From positions 1-53,311 of the forward strand of contig CAXTKV010000007.1 in the NCBI GenBank assembly GCA_964244895.1: a stretch of 53,311 nt of DNA, given 5' to 3'. The DNA comes from an uncultured Deinococcales bacterium (lineage in GTDB: Bacteria > Deinococcota > Deinococci > Deinococcales > JAAFIG01). Under the pieces are notes generated by a model. The model was given only the letters and a program-made list of their open reading frames with translations, had not been told where the DNA came from and did not search any database. Both the position numbers and the translations under genes were made by a program. Numbering within the stretch: the stretch's first letter is position 1; every line of letters begins with the position of its first letter. Of this stretch, positions 9,993 to 19,808 are shown piece by piece.

Positions 9993-11318
9993 TCAGGCTC
10001 GAGGAATCTTGCCGCCGAACAGATTCGCCAATCCGCGACCTTTCGCGCCGCGCATCATCTTCATCATGTCCTTCATCTGCTCGTGCATCTTGATCAATCG
10101 GTTCAATTCTTGAACGCTCGTGCCGGAACCGGACGCGATACGGCGGCGGCGTTGACCATCGATCAGTTTGGGGTTGCGCCGCTCCTTGTTGGTCATGCTC
10201 GAGATCATGGCTTCGATGCGTTTGAACTGTTTTTCATCGACGTTGATGTCGGCGGGCAGGGCGCGGGAAAGGCCGGGAATCATCTTGATGATGTCCGTCA
10301 TCGGCCCCATGCGTTGAATGGATTTGAGTTGCTCGAGTAAATCCTCGAAGTCGAAATCGCCGGGTTTCTTACCGGGATCGAAGGCTTTGACCTCGGCCTG
10401 CTGCGCGCGTTCGATCAAGGTCAGCACGTCGCCCATGCCCAGGATGCGCTGCGCCACGCGGTCGGGATAGAAGGGTTCCAGACCGCCGATTTTTTCGCTG
10501 ATGCCCGCGAACATGATCGGTTTGCCGGTCACGGCGCGCGCGGACAGGGCCGCGCCGCCCCTGGCGTCACCGTCGAGCTTGGTCATGATCAGACCGGACA
10601 GCCCGATGCGCTCGTCGAAGGTCTGGGAGACGTTCAGGGCTTCCTGGCCCGTCATGGCGTCCACCACCAGGAAGGTTTCCGAAGGTTCCAGTTGGGTTTT
10701 CAGATCAAAAAGGGCATCCATCAGCGTCTCGTCGATCTGCAAGCGGCCCGCGGTGTCCACGATCACCAGGTCGTGGTAGTTGGCCTGCAGGTATTCCGCG
10801 AGGCGCTGCCTGGTCACGGCGGGCGATTCGTTGTCGCCGACCTCGAGGACGCTGACCCCGACTTGCTTACCGAGCACCTTCAACTGGTCGCGGGCGGCGG
10901 GGCGTTGGGTGTCGGCGGCCACCAGGAGCGGGCGGCGGCCTTTGGATTTGTAGAACGCGGCCAGCTTACCGGTGGTGGTGGTCTTGCCCGCGCCCTGCAA
11001 GCCGACCATGAACCAGACGTTGCCACGCTCGCGCAACGTCGGCTGAACCGCTTCAGAACCGAGCATTTCGATCAGTTCGTCGTAGACGATCTTGATGACC
11101 TGCTGTCCGGGCGTCAGGGAGTTCAGCACGTCGGTGCCGATGGCTTTTTCCTGGACTCTCTGAATGAAATCTTTGGCGACGTTGAAATTGACATCGGCTT
11201 CCAGCAGGGCCACGCGGATCTCGCGCATGGCGGCTTTGACGTCGTTTTCGGTGAGTTTGCCGCGACCGCGCAGGCCGTCCATGATGTCTTGCAGGCGTTT
11301 TCCCAGGGACTCGAACAT
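9993..11318 (-). CDS. ffh: Signal recognition particle protein Ffh
   Basis: [25 protein letters not shown], Met-rich M domain. Confidence 0.98.
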   Translation of the reverse strand: MFESLGKRLQDIMDGLRGRGKLTENDVKAAMREIRVALLEADVNFNVAKDFIQRVQEKAIGTDVLNSLTPGQQVIKIVYDELIEMLGSEAVQPTLRERGNVWFMVGLQGAGKTTTTGKLAAFYKSKGRRPLLVAADTQRPAARDQLKVLGKQVGVSVLEVGDNESPAVTRQRLAEYLQANYHDLVIVDTAGRLQIDETLMDALFDLKTQLEPSETFLVVDAMTGQEALNVSQTFDERIGLSGLIMTKLDGDARGGAALSARAVTGKPIMFAGISEKIGGLEPFYPDRVAQRILGMGDVLTLIERAQQAEVKAFDPGKKPGDFDFEDLLEQLKSIQRMGPMTDIIKMIPGLSRALPADINVDEKQFKRIEAMISSMTNKERRNPKLIDGQRRRRIASGSGTSVQELNRLIKMHEQMKDMMKMMRGAKGRGLANLFGGKIPRA

Positions 11319-11394
11319 GGCTCGATTGTATCCCCGCCCGCACCGCAGATCCCGGCAAAGCTCACGCTGAGCCCAGGTCAGAATCAGGAAAGTG

Positions 11395-11460
11395 CAAGAA
11401 CACCGTCCTGGACAATCAATTTCAGCATCGTGAAGTCTTGCGTGCTGGACGGTGTTCTTG
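11395..11460. repeat. Dispersed palindrome family A copy
   Basis: CAAGAACACCGTCC...GCGTGCTGGACGGTGTTCTTG. Confidence 0.9.
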
Positions 11461-11568
11461 CTGCGGGCAGAGGCATCTAAAAAGGCAGGATCATCATCCA
11501 GGACGGCGTTTCAAGCGGGTGTAAGTGTTTCGTAACCTTAGGTGGTTCACACTAGCTCTCGGTGAAGC

Positions 11569-12063
11569 ATGAAAATGACTAAGATCATCCCGGCACTGGT
11601 CGCAGCGTTCGCTACCGTCGCGCTCGCGCAGACCACCGCACAAAAGCCCCAGCTCACGCTCGAGAGCTACCTCGTGCGGACAGAAGTCAAGGATGGCAAG
11701 AGCACTGAGGTCTTCGAGAAGGCCACCAACGTCAAGCCGGGCCAGGTCATGGAGTACCGCGTCAGGGCGCTCAATCCGGGCGATCAGGCCGTCAACAACA
11801 TCACGCTGGAACTGCCGATCCCGCGCAGCACCAGCTACCTGGAAAACACCGCCACCGTCAGCAAGGACGCCAACCTGCTGGCCTCGTGGGATTTCAAGCG
11901 AAGCTTCGGCGCGACCCCGTTGAAGCGCAAGGTCATCCGCGACGGCAAAACCGTCGAAGAGATCGTGCCCGCCACCGAATACACCAACCTCCGCTGGGTT
12001 ATCCGCACGCCGCTGGCCGCGCACGCCAGCTTCGAGTTCAAGGCCCGCGTCAAGATCAAATAA
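11569..12063 (+). CDS. Secreted single DUF11-like domain protein
   Basis: Signal peptide ALA-Q; VKPGQVMEYRVRALNPG...PIP...LRW...FEFKARVKIK; start may be 11575. Confidence 0.85.
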   Translation: MKMTKIIPALVAAFATVALAQTTAQKPQLTLESYLVRTEVKDGKSTEVFEKATNVKPGQVMEYRVRALNPGDQAVNNITLELPIPRSTSYLENTATVSKDANLLASWDFKRSFGATPLKRKVIRDGKTVEEIVPATEYTNLRWVIRTPLAAHASFEFKARVKIK

Positions 12064-12171
12064 CCCACCCCGCTCGAGTCCTCCAGGTCTGGACGCTCGA
12101 GCCTCAATTCTTCACGGCCTGAACTGCCGATCGGCAGCGGAGCAATCATGAGCACTATTTTCGGAGGAAGC

Positions 12172-15111
12172 ATGTTCAAACGCATCGGCGTCGCCGCGAT
12201 CACAGCGGCGTTGCTTTTCGGCACGGCGCTCGCGCAATCCGCGACGCCCGCCGGGACGCAGATTCAAAACCAGGCTTCGGCCACGTACACGGACGCCACG
12301 GGCCAGCCGCAAGTGGCGACCTCGAACCTGGCGATCACGGTCGTGCAGCAGGTCTACGCCATCAACATCACGCCCAACACCCAGTCGGCCACCGGATTGT
12401 TCGGCCCGAGCGACCCGAGCAACTTCACGGGCGTTCCCGCCAGCACCAACGACGATCAGGCGCTCGGCGGCTCGAACGATAACTTCGGCTACACGATCCT
12501 GAATCCCGGCAACGGCTCCGATACGTACACCCTGAGCGTCGTACTGGATCCGGCCAACGCTGGCGCACCGCTGACCGGCGTGACCGTCTATAACGACGCC
12601 AACGGCAACGGCCTGGTCGATCCGGGCGATACCGTGCTGACCGGCTGGAACGCGGGCACGCTGACCGGCACTGTCAACGTCCCGGCCAACGGCAGCGCCA
12701 AAGTCGTGGTCAGCGTCAACGTCCCGAGCAGCGCGGCGGGAACGTCTTACAAGCTCGACCTGACCGGCGTCTCGAGCGGCGGCGCGGGCATCGTGGACAA
12801 GAACAACCTCTCGCGCGTCACGGTGGTCAGCGACGCGATTCTGGATCTGAACAAGGCCGCCGCAGGCCCGGACACCAGCAGTCAGATCACGTACTCCCTG
12901 ACGGGTTCCAACACCGGCAACCAGGCCGGTAAGTCCCGCCCCGGCATCGTGGTCATCACCGGCACGAACGCCGGAACCTACAACGGCGTGCTGATCGCCG
13001 ACGTGATCCCGTCCGGCACGACCTACGTGCAGAACAGCGCTTCCGGCAGCGCCGGTAGCCCGCTGGCCGCCGTGGTCTACAGCACCACCGCAAGCGGTAC
13101 GGCCTGGAGCTTCGATCAGCCCGCCTCCGGCGTGCTGCGCGTCGGCCTGCTGATGCTGCCCGCCAGCCCGATCGCCACGGCCACCAACACCTCCGCCACC
13201 TCGACCAACACCGTGCCCACCAGCGCGAATTACAGCCTCGGCTTCAAGGTCGCGGTCAACGGCGCCACGGCGGCGGGCTCCTCGATCCTGAACACCGCAA
13301 CCGTCGATTACCGCCGCACCAACGGCACGACCGACCAGACCACGACCTCCAACCAGACGACCTCTTTCGCGCCCACCACGCGCTCCGTCGGAGTCGGCCC
13401 GAACGGTTTCGCCACCGGTAACCCCGGAACCATCGCGGGTTACACCGATCCCGTCACCGGCAAAGCGTTCACCTACACCGGTTCCGGTACGGGCGCACCG
13501 ACCAACACCACGGACGTGCAGGCCGTTCCCAGCCAGCGCATGAACACGACCGTCAGCTTCGTGCAGAGCATCACCAACTCCGGCAACGCCAACGACAGCT
13601 TCGCGCTCTCCTTGGACGCCTCGAGCAACCTGCCTGCGGGCACGAACGTCAGCTTCTACCTCTCCGACGGCGCGACACCCCTTTCCGGCAATATCGCCCT
13701 GTCCGCCGGTGCCAACACGAACTTCGTGGTCAAAGTCAACCTGCCCGCCGTGGCCGCACCCGCGACCGGCGCGCCGTTCAACGCGGTCATCAAGGCGACC
13801 TCGCAGGCGGACTCGACCAAGACCGACATCACCACAGACCGCATCACAGCCCTGACCGACGGCCTGGGCGTGACGTTGCGCAACAACGACTCGAGCACCG
13901 CGACCGCGCCGCCCGCCGGAACGACCGCCACCTCGAGCACCCTGAGCGTGACCCCCGGCAGCAGCGTCACCTACCCGTTGGTCGTGACCAACACCGGTGC
14001 CGCCACCGACACCTTCAACCTGAGCGCCAGCGGCGCTGGTCTGCCCGCAGGCGCGACCGTGCAGTTCTTCGTCGACGCCAACGGCGACGGCGTGGCCGAC
14101 AACGCCACCCCGGTCGGCAACACCGGCCCGATCTCGGCGGCAGCCTACTACCAGTTCGTCGCGGTCGTGACGGTTCCCGCCAACGCCGTGCCGCAGACGG
14201 CTGTGGGCTTCACCTTCACCGCCACCTCGACGGACAGCGCCACCACCAGCGACAGCCAGGCCGATGCGTTGACGGTCAGCGCCGTCAACAACTTCAGCTT
14301 CAACCCGAACCGTTCCGGCACGATCACCAGCCCCGGCACCCTGATCTACGCGCACACCGTCACCAACAACGGCAACTCGAGCATCACGGCCCTCCAGATC
14401 GCCCCTTCGGGCGGCGGGGCGGGTTTCAGCTACCAGATCTTCGTCGATGCGAACAACAACGGCAGCGTCGATGCGGGCGAACAGCAGATCAGCACCTCTA
14501 GCGCGACCACGCTGACCGCGGCCATCGCGTCCAGCACGTCCGTCAACCTGCTGGTCGAAGTCACGGCGGCCTCCGGCATCCCCTCGAGCACGGTCGATAC
14601 CAAGACCTTGACTGCGACCGCGACCTTCGGCTCGGGCGGCACCTCGACCGCCAGCGTGATCGACACCACGACCGTCGTGGCCGGCAACTTGCAGGTTTCC
14701 AAAAGCGCTTCGACCGCGACCGTCAAACCGCGCACCCTGCTGCTTCCCGCGAACTACTCGCAGTCCGAGATCACCTACACCATCACCGCTCAGAACATCG
14801 GCAGCGCCGCGATCAGCAACGTGATCGTGTTCGACCCGATTCCGCAGTACACCGATTTCAAGTTCACGACCCTGGCCGTCTCGGGCTGCCCGACCGGTGC
14901 GACCTGCACGGCGGAATACTCGACGGACAACGGTGCGACCTGGAGCGCGACCGCTCCGACGGACACCAACGCCAACGGTTACAGCGATTCGGCGGATGCC
15001 GCGCGCGTCACCAACGTCCGCGTCCGCATCACCAACGCCTCGAGCACGCCGGTCAACGCCTTCACACCCGGCAGCAGCATCACGATCACCTTCACCGTCA
15101 GCGTCCGATAA
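12172..15111 (+). CDS. Secreted DUF11 repeat protein, putative major pilin/fibre subunit
   Basis: GGAGGA RBS 12163-12168, signal peptide ALA-Q, Thr/Ser/Asn-rich Ig-like repeats (NTG..DTF), DxNxNG loops, two DUF11 domains. Confidence 0.88.
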   Translation: MFKRIGVAAITAALLFGTALAQSATPAGTQIQNQASATYTDATGQPQVATSNLAITVVQQVYAINITPNTQSATGLFGPSDPSNFTGVPASTNDDQALGGSNDNFGYTILNPGNGSDTYTLSVVLDPANAGAPLTGVTVYNDANGNGLVDPGDTVLTGWNAGTLTGTVNVPANGSAKVVVSVNVPSSAAGTSYKLDLTGVSSGGAGIVDKNNLSRVTVVSDAILDLNKAAAGPDTSSQITYSLTGSNTGNQAGKSRPGIVVITGTNAGTYNGVLIADVIPSGTTYVQNSASGSAGSPLAAVVYSTTASGTAWSFDQPASGVLRVGLLMLPASPIATATNTSATSTNTVPTSANYSLGFKVAVNGATAAGSSILNTATVDYRRTNGTTDQTTTSNQTTSFAPTTRSVGVGPNGFATGNPGTIAGYTDPVTGKAFTYTGSGTGAPTNTTDVQAVPSQRMNTTVSFVQSITNSGNANDSFALSLDASSNLPAGTNVSFYLSDGATPLSGNIALSAGANTNFVVKVNLPAVAAPATGAPFNAVIKATSQADSTKTDITTDRITALTDGLGVTLRNNDSSTATAPPAGTTATSSTLSVTPGSSVTYPLVVTNTGAATDTFNLSASGAGLPAGATVQFFVDANGDGVADNATPVGNTGPISAAAYYQFVAVVTVPANAVPQTAVGFTFTATSTDSATTSDSQADALTVSAVNNFSFNPNRSGTITSPGTLIYAHTVTNNGNSSITALQIAPSGGGAGFSYQIFVDANNNGSVDAGEQQISTSSATTLTAAIASSTSVNLLVEVTAASGIPSSTVDTKTLTATATFGSGGTSTASVIDTTTVVAGNLQVSKSASTATVKPRTLLLPANYSQSEITYTITAQNIGSAAISNVIVFDPIPQYTDFKFTTLAVSGCPTGATCTAEYSTDNGATWSATAPTDTNANGYSDSADAARVTNVRVRITNASSTPVNAFTPGSSITITFTVSVR

Positions 15112-15118
15112 GCCCTTC

Positions 15119-15162
15119 TCGGCCTCCTGGAGATGTCCGTCCAGGAGGCCGAATCCTCTTTT
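15119..15162 (+). terminator. Intra-operon stem-loop/terminator after the major DUF11 gene
   Basis: TCGGCCTCCTGGA-N8-TCCAGGAGGCCGA followed by ATCCTCTTTT. Confidence 0.7.
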
Positions 15163-15247
15163 GAAGCCGACAACAACGGAAACCAAAATGACTATTCCGG
15201 CGTCCAATCGAAACCCACGCTCAGGCTCTGGCCCGAGCTCAGAACGT

Positions 15248-15288
15248 ACCGTCCGGGACGCACGATTGAGAACATCGTCCTGGACGAT
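15248..15288. repeat. Dispersed palindrome family A copy
   Basis: ACCGTCCGGGACG...CGTCCTGGACGAT. Confidence 0.8.
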
Positions 15289-15308
15289 GCGTCGAAGGGC
15301 GACCCGCG

Positions 15309-18300
15309 ATGATCTCGAGGGCTGAGCTATTCCGCACCGCGCTGGCCGCGACGCTCTGCCTGAGCGCGATCTGGTCGGCCCAGGCGCAATCCGGCCCGAC
15401 TGCGGCGGGCTCGAGCATCGAGAACCAGGCTGCGGTCACGTTTTCCGGGCCGGACGGTCAATCCCGCGTGGCGTTTTCCAACGTGGCGCGCAGCACCGTG
15501 CAGCAGGTCTACGCGATTCAGGTCAAACCCGACGCGGGCAACGCACCGACGACCGCGACATCGTTCGCGTTGCCGCCCGACCCGTCCAACGACCGCGCGG
15601 CCCTGGCGGGTTCGAGCCTCAACTTCGCGTACGCCGTCACCAACCCCGGCAACGGCCCGGATCAGATCGCACTGAACGTTCTGCAATCGAACTCGGACGA
15701 TTTCGATCTGAGCGGCGTCAAGCTGTACCGCGACCTGAACGGCAACGGGCAACTGGACGCGGGCGAACCCGAGATCACCGCGCCGCTGACCCTGGCGGCG
15801 GGATCGCGCCAGTCCGTGGTCGCGGTCGCGCAGGTTCCGCCGACCCAACCGGATGGTGCGAGCGCCAGGATCGATCTGATCGGGCGCTCGATCGGTGATC
15901 CCAGCGCGCTGGACGACAACAACATTGCCCGAGTGACGGTTTCCAGGGACGCCAACCTGACGATTTCCAAGAGCGCCCTGGGTCCGGACGCGTCCGGGCG
16001 GATCGAGTACACGATTCAGGGCTCGAACCTCGGGCGGCGCGCGGCGCGCAGCCTGCCCGGCGCGGCCATCGTGGACGGCGTGCTGACGGACGGCATCCTG
16101 ATCTCCGACGCGATTCCCAGCGGTACGAGCCTGGACATCGACACACCCGCCATCGGCAACTCGGGCGGCGTGGGCGGCTCGAGGGTGGTGTATTTCATCA
16201 ACAGCGCCTGGACGACGATACCCAACGCCTCCGCCAGCCGGGTCGGGTTGCTGATCCGCGACGCCGCACCCACGACCTACACGCCCCAGGACGCGCTGCC
16301 TTCCGGCTCGAGCTACAGCTTGCGGTTCACGGTGCAACTCGGCAGTCTGCTTGCGGGCGGGGCGACCGTCACCAACGTTGCGACCATCGCGTACGGCACT
16401 TCGACCGACGCGACCGTCAATACACCGTCCAACACGACCTTCACGAGCGTCCCGGCGCGCAGCGGTGCGCGCATCGGGCCGTTCAATCAAGCCGACGGCG
16501 CGGCCAGCGGCAGTTACAGCCTGCCGGATCCGATGACCGGACTGAGCTGGGCGATCTCGCGTTCCGGCGACGGAGCGAGCGCCACCGACGAGCAAGCGAT
16601 CGCGAGCGTCACCGGCACCAGGTTCGTGATGTTCAAGAACACCGTCAGGAACACTGGAAACCTGACCGACACCTTCAACGTCACCCCCGACCTGAGCTTG
16701 ACTGGGGCGCACTTGCCGCCCGGAACCGCGATCGAAATCCTCAGCGGTGACGGCGTGACCCCGTTCGGCAGCGTCACGCTCGAGCCGGGCCGGGAAGCGG
16801 ACGTGACCGTGCGGCTGACGCTGCCGACGACCATCACGGCGCTGGAGTCGGTTGATCTGCCCTTGCGGACGACCTCGAGCCTGAACCCTTCGGCCACCGA
16901 CATCACGCGCGACCGCATCTTTCAGGTTTCGCCGTCCATCCCGAGTTACTTCGTCTGGATCGGCCCGTTGGGTCAACCGACCGCGACCGAATACCCGAAC
17001 CTCGCCGACCGTCAAGCCGCGACCAGCTTCGAGGGCACGCCCGTCACCTTTACCAACACCGTGCTGAACGCTGGAAACACCCCGGATCGGATCAACCTCT
17101 CGCTCGAGACGCCCTTGCCGAACGGCTGGAAGCTGAGCTGGTGGAGCGCCGACGGCCTCCAGGAACTGACCGATCACGACGGCGACGGCCTGCCCGACCT
17201 GGGGCCGCTCGCCCCAGGCGAAAGCGCGAATTTCATGCTGCACGTCACGCCGCCAGCGGGCGTCAACGGGGACAACAACGGCGCGGGCTGGAATATCGCG
17301 ATCCGCGCAACCTCCAGCGCGCAACCGAACATGGTCAACCGCACGCTCGACACGATCACCGTCCTGCGGCCCGTGACCGACGCCTGGGCGTTCACCAAGT
17401 CCGTCTCGATCACCCGCGTCCAGCAGGGTGAGACCATCGGTTACAGCTTCAGCCTCGAGAACACCAGCGGCGCGACCCAGAGCGATGTCACCGTCCAGGA
17501 CGCGCTCGAGGCGAACCTTTCGAGCCCCTTCGATGACGCCACGAGCACCGTCCAGGACGCAAAAAACTCGAATGTGTCCTACGCGGTATCCGTCCGCTTC
17601 GATCCCGCCAGCCGCGCGATCACCTGGCGCTTCCCGAGCCTGCCCGCCGGAGCCAGCCTGAAACTCGCTTTCAAGGCGCGCGCGCTCGAAAGCACGCCGG
17701 ACGCGACCACCATCACCAATCGCGGCACCGTCTCGAGCGCAGAGATTCCGCTCGTCGTGTCATCGAACGCCGTGCAGACGGACGTGATCGGCGCTATTTT
17801 GCAACTCGAGAAAATCGCGCTGCAACCGAGCGTCAGCATCGGTGGCAGCCTGGAGTACGAGCTGCGCGTCAAGAACGCCTCCGCGTCGGTCGCGCTGATG
17901 GAAACCACCGTGACCGACACCATGCCCATCGGACTGGCCTACCGAACCGGCTCGAGCCGACTCGACGGAAACGCGATTCTTGACCCGAGCATCGTCGTTC
18001 AGAGCGGCAGGCAAGTGCTGACCTGGAACATCGGTCATCTGGACGCCCAGACCACCGCGCGACTGCGCTTCGCGAGCATCGCCACGCCCGCCCTACCCGA
18101 ACGCGTCGTCAACCAGGCCACCGCCGCGGCGCACACCAACGTCGGAGCCCAGGTGCAGGTCACGTCCAACCGGGCGACCGCCAGCCTCAAACGCGAAGAG
18201 GGCGTCTTCACGCGCCGCAGCGCGATTGTCGGGCGCGTCTATTTCGATACTGACGACGACGGCTCGTTCACCCCAGGCAAGGACGAACCGCTGCCGGGCG

Positions 18301-18887
18301 CGCGCGTCTACCTTTCCACCGGACGCTACGCCATCACCGACCAGGAGGGGCGCTACAGCTTTGCCGAACTCGAGGCCGGAACTTACGCGCTGCGCCTCGA
18401 CCCGATCACCGTGCCGTTCACGCCGCGCACCGACCCCGCCAACCTCGATAAGCCCGGTACCAGCATCCTGCGGCTGGACGGCCCCGGATTGTTCAACGCC
18501 GATTTCCGCCTCAAGCCACCCGTCGCCAGCGCAACCCGAGAACGCCAGACGACGCTGCGCATGGGCGCAATCGAATTGCACAAATCCATCCAGCCCGGCG
18601 GAGCCGGGTACGCCGCGACCATCAGGCTGCACCTGGAAACGCCCATTGCGGCCCTCCGGCTGACCGACCCGATCCCCGCGGGCGCGGAACGCCGAGGGCT
18701 CGAGATCGCCGGCCCCGACGGGCGAGCGCTCGAATTCGCCACCGACGGCGACACGATCCTGTTGGGCGGGCTCGAGCCGGGGGTGTACGTGATCCGCTAC
18801 GCGCTGATCTGCGACCTGACCGAAGATGCCGCGTTCACCGACCCCGATCTGGACTGGGACGATGTCCTGATGCCCGCAAAGAAGTGA
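15309..18887 (+). CDS. Secreted multi-DUF11 protein with SdrD B-like domain
   Basis: Signal peptide AQA-Q; N-terminal half paralogous to the 12172 gene; three complete DUF11 domains; IVGRVYFDTDDDG...GARVYL...TDQEGRYSF. Confidence 0.88.
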   Translation: MISRAELFRTALAATLCLSAIWSAQAQSGPTAAGSSIENQAAVTFSGPDGQSRVAFSNVARSTVQQVYAIQVKPDAGNAPTTATSFALPPDPSNDRAALAGSSLNFAYAVTNPGNGPDQIALNVLQSNSDDFDLSGVKLYRDLNGNGQLDAGEPEITAPLTLAAGSRQSVVAVAQVPPTQPDGASARIDLIGRSIGDPSALDDNNIARVTVSRDANLTISKSALGPDASGRIEYTIQGSNLGRRAARSLPGAAIVDGVLTDGILISDAIPSGTSLDIDTPAIGNSGGVGGSRVVYFINSAWTTIPNASASRVGLLIRDAAPTTYTPQDALPSGSSYSLRFTVQLGSLLAGGATVTNVATIAYGTSTDATVNTPSNTTFTSVPARSGARIGPFNQADGAASGSYSLPDPMTGLSWAISRSGDGASATDEQAIASVTGTRFVMFKNTVRNTGNLTDTFNVTPDLSLTGAHLPPGTAIEILSGDGVTPFGSVTLEPGREADVTVRLTLPTTITALESVDLPLRTTSSLNPSATDITRDRIFQVSPSIPSYFVWIGPLGQPTATEYPNLADRQAATSFEGTPVTFTNTVLNAGNTPDRINLSLETPLPNGWKLSWWSADGLQELTDHDGDGLPDLGPLAPGESANFMLHVTPPAGVNGDNNGAGWNIAIRATSSAQPNMVNRTLDTITVLRPVTDAWAFTKSVSITRVQQGETIGYSFSLENTSGATQSDVTVQDALEANLSSPFDDATSTVQDAKNSNVSYAVSVRFDPASRAITWRFPSLPAGASLKLAFKARALESTPDATTITNRGTVSSAEIPLVVSSNAVQTDVIGAILQLEKIALQPSVSIGGSLEYELRVKNASASVALMETTVTDTMPIGLAYRTGSSRLDGNAILDPSIVVQSGRQVLTWNIGHLDAQTTARLRFASIATPALPERVVNQATAAAHTNVGAQVQVTSNRATASLKREEGVFTRRSAIVGRVYFDTDDDGSFTPGKDEPLPGARVYLSTGRYAITDQEGRYSFAELEAGTYALRLDPITVPFTPRTDPANLDKPGTSILRLDGPGLFNADFRLKPPVASATRERQTTLRMGAIELHKSIQPGGAGYAATIRLHLETPIAALRLTDPIPAGAERRGLEIAGPDGRALEFATDGDTILLGGLEPGVYVIRYALICDLTEDAAFTDPDLDWDDVLMPAKK

Positions 18888-18928
18888 TCGTCTCGCGTTG
18901 CAGCTCGAGCGAGCGCTCGAGGATGATG

Positions 18929-18953
18929 AAAACACCGTCCTGGACGGTGTTTT
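18929..18953. repeat. Dispersed palindrome family A, collapsed copy
   Basis: AAAACACCGTCC-T-GGACGGTGTTTT. Confidence 0.9.
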
Positions 18954-19085
18954 TTCAGCTTAAAGCAATGTGTCCCCGACGGTTCCCGATCTCGCGGTCG
19001 AAATCGCGCGCGGCACGAATGGGCGTGCGCGAACGGTGGCGCGGGATCGAGAGTTCGAAACGACGGGTCGCGTCCCGTTCCAGAA

Positions 19086-19808
19086 TCAGCGCTTGACGAG
19101 CGGACGGCGGGCGGAAACCGCGTTCAGGACGCCCAACAACACCGGAATCACCATCGGGTCGAAGTGCGTTCCGCTGTCCTTCTCGAGACGCGCGATGGCT
19201 TCCTCGCGCGGCAGGGCGTTGCGGTAGGAGCGCTTGGTGGTCATGGCGTCGTAAGCGTCCACCGCGCCGATGATCCGTCCGCCGAGGGGAATGGCCTCAC
19301 CGACGAGGTGATCGGGGTAACCGCGCCCATCCCAGCGTTCGTGATGCCCGCGCACCATGTCCACGATGGCCGCATCGAGGCCGTTGGCGGCAGTGATGCG
19401 CGCACCGTGACCGGAATGCTGGCGCATCAGTTTCCACTCATCTTCGGACAACGGCCCCTCGCGGCGCAGCACGGACGCGGGAATCATGATCTTGCCGATG
19501 TCGTGCAGCAAAGCCGCAATGCGCACCTGGGTAACTTCTTGTTCGTTCAGACCGCACGCCTGAGCCACGAGCGCGCTCAGGTGCTGCAGGCGCTCGAGGT
19601 GGCCGCGCGTGTAGGCGTCGAATTCGTCCATGCGCTGCGCCAGATGGCGCAGTTTGCCGACCTGAGGGATGCCGTCCAGGTCGTTCAATCGGGGTCTGTA
19701 GGAACTGGGCTTTTCGATCCGGTGCGCTTCCACGGTGGCGCGTTCCACGGGTTGTCTCGTGGTCTGCGCAGCCTTGGGGAAAGTGAAGACGAAGCCGGGG
19801 TGTCGCAT
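19086..19808 (-). CDS. HD-GYP domain protein (putative cyclic dinucleotide phosphodiesterase)
   Basis: YTRGH, LHDIGK, HHERWDGRGYP, DAYDAM..R.YR. Confidence 0.92.
   Translation of the reverse strand: MRHPGFVFTFPKAAQTTRQPVERATVEAHRIEKPSSYRPRLNDLDGIPQVGKLRHLAQRMDEFDAYTRGHLERLQHLSALVAQACGLNEQEVTQVRIAALLHDIGKIMIPASVLRREGPLSEDEWKLMRQHSGHGARITAANGLDAAIVDMVRGHHERWDGRGYPDHLVGEAIPLGGRIIGAVDAYDAMTTKRSYRNALPREEAIARLEKDSGTHFDPMVIPVLLGVLNAVSARRPLVKR

Noticed and set aside
12112..15207. 1031-aa antisense ORF (also 15327-17324, 3222-5147, 26917-29391, 49219-50817)
   Set aside because: Shadow ORFs opposite well-supported genes, expected from high-GC codon bias; Arg/Gly/Val-rich with no motifs
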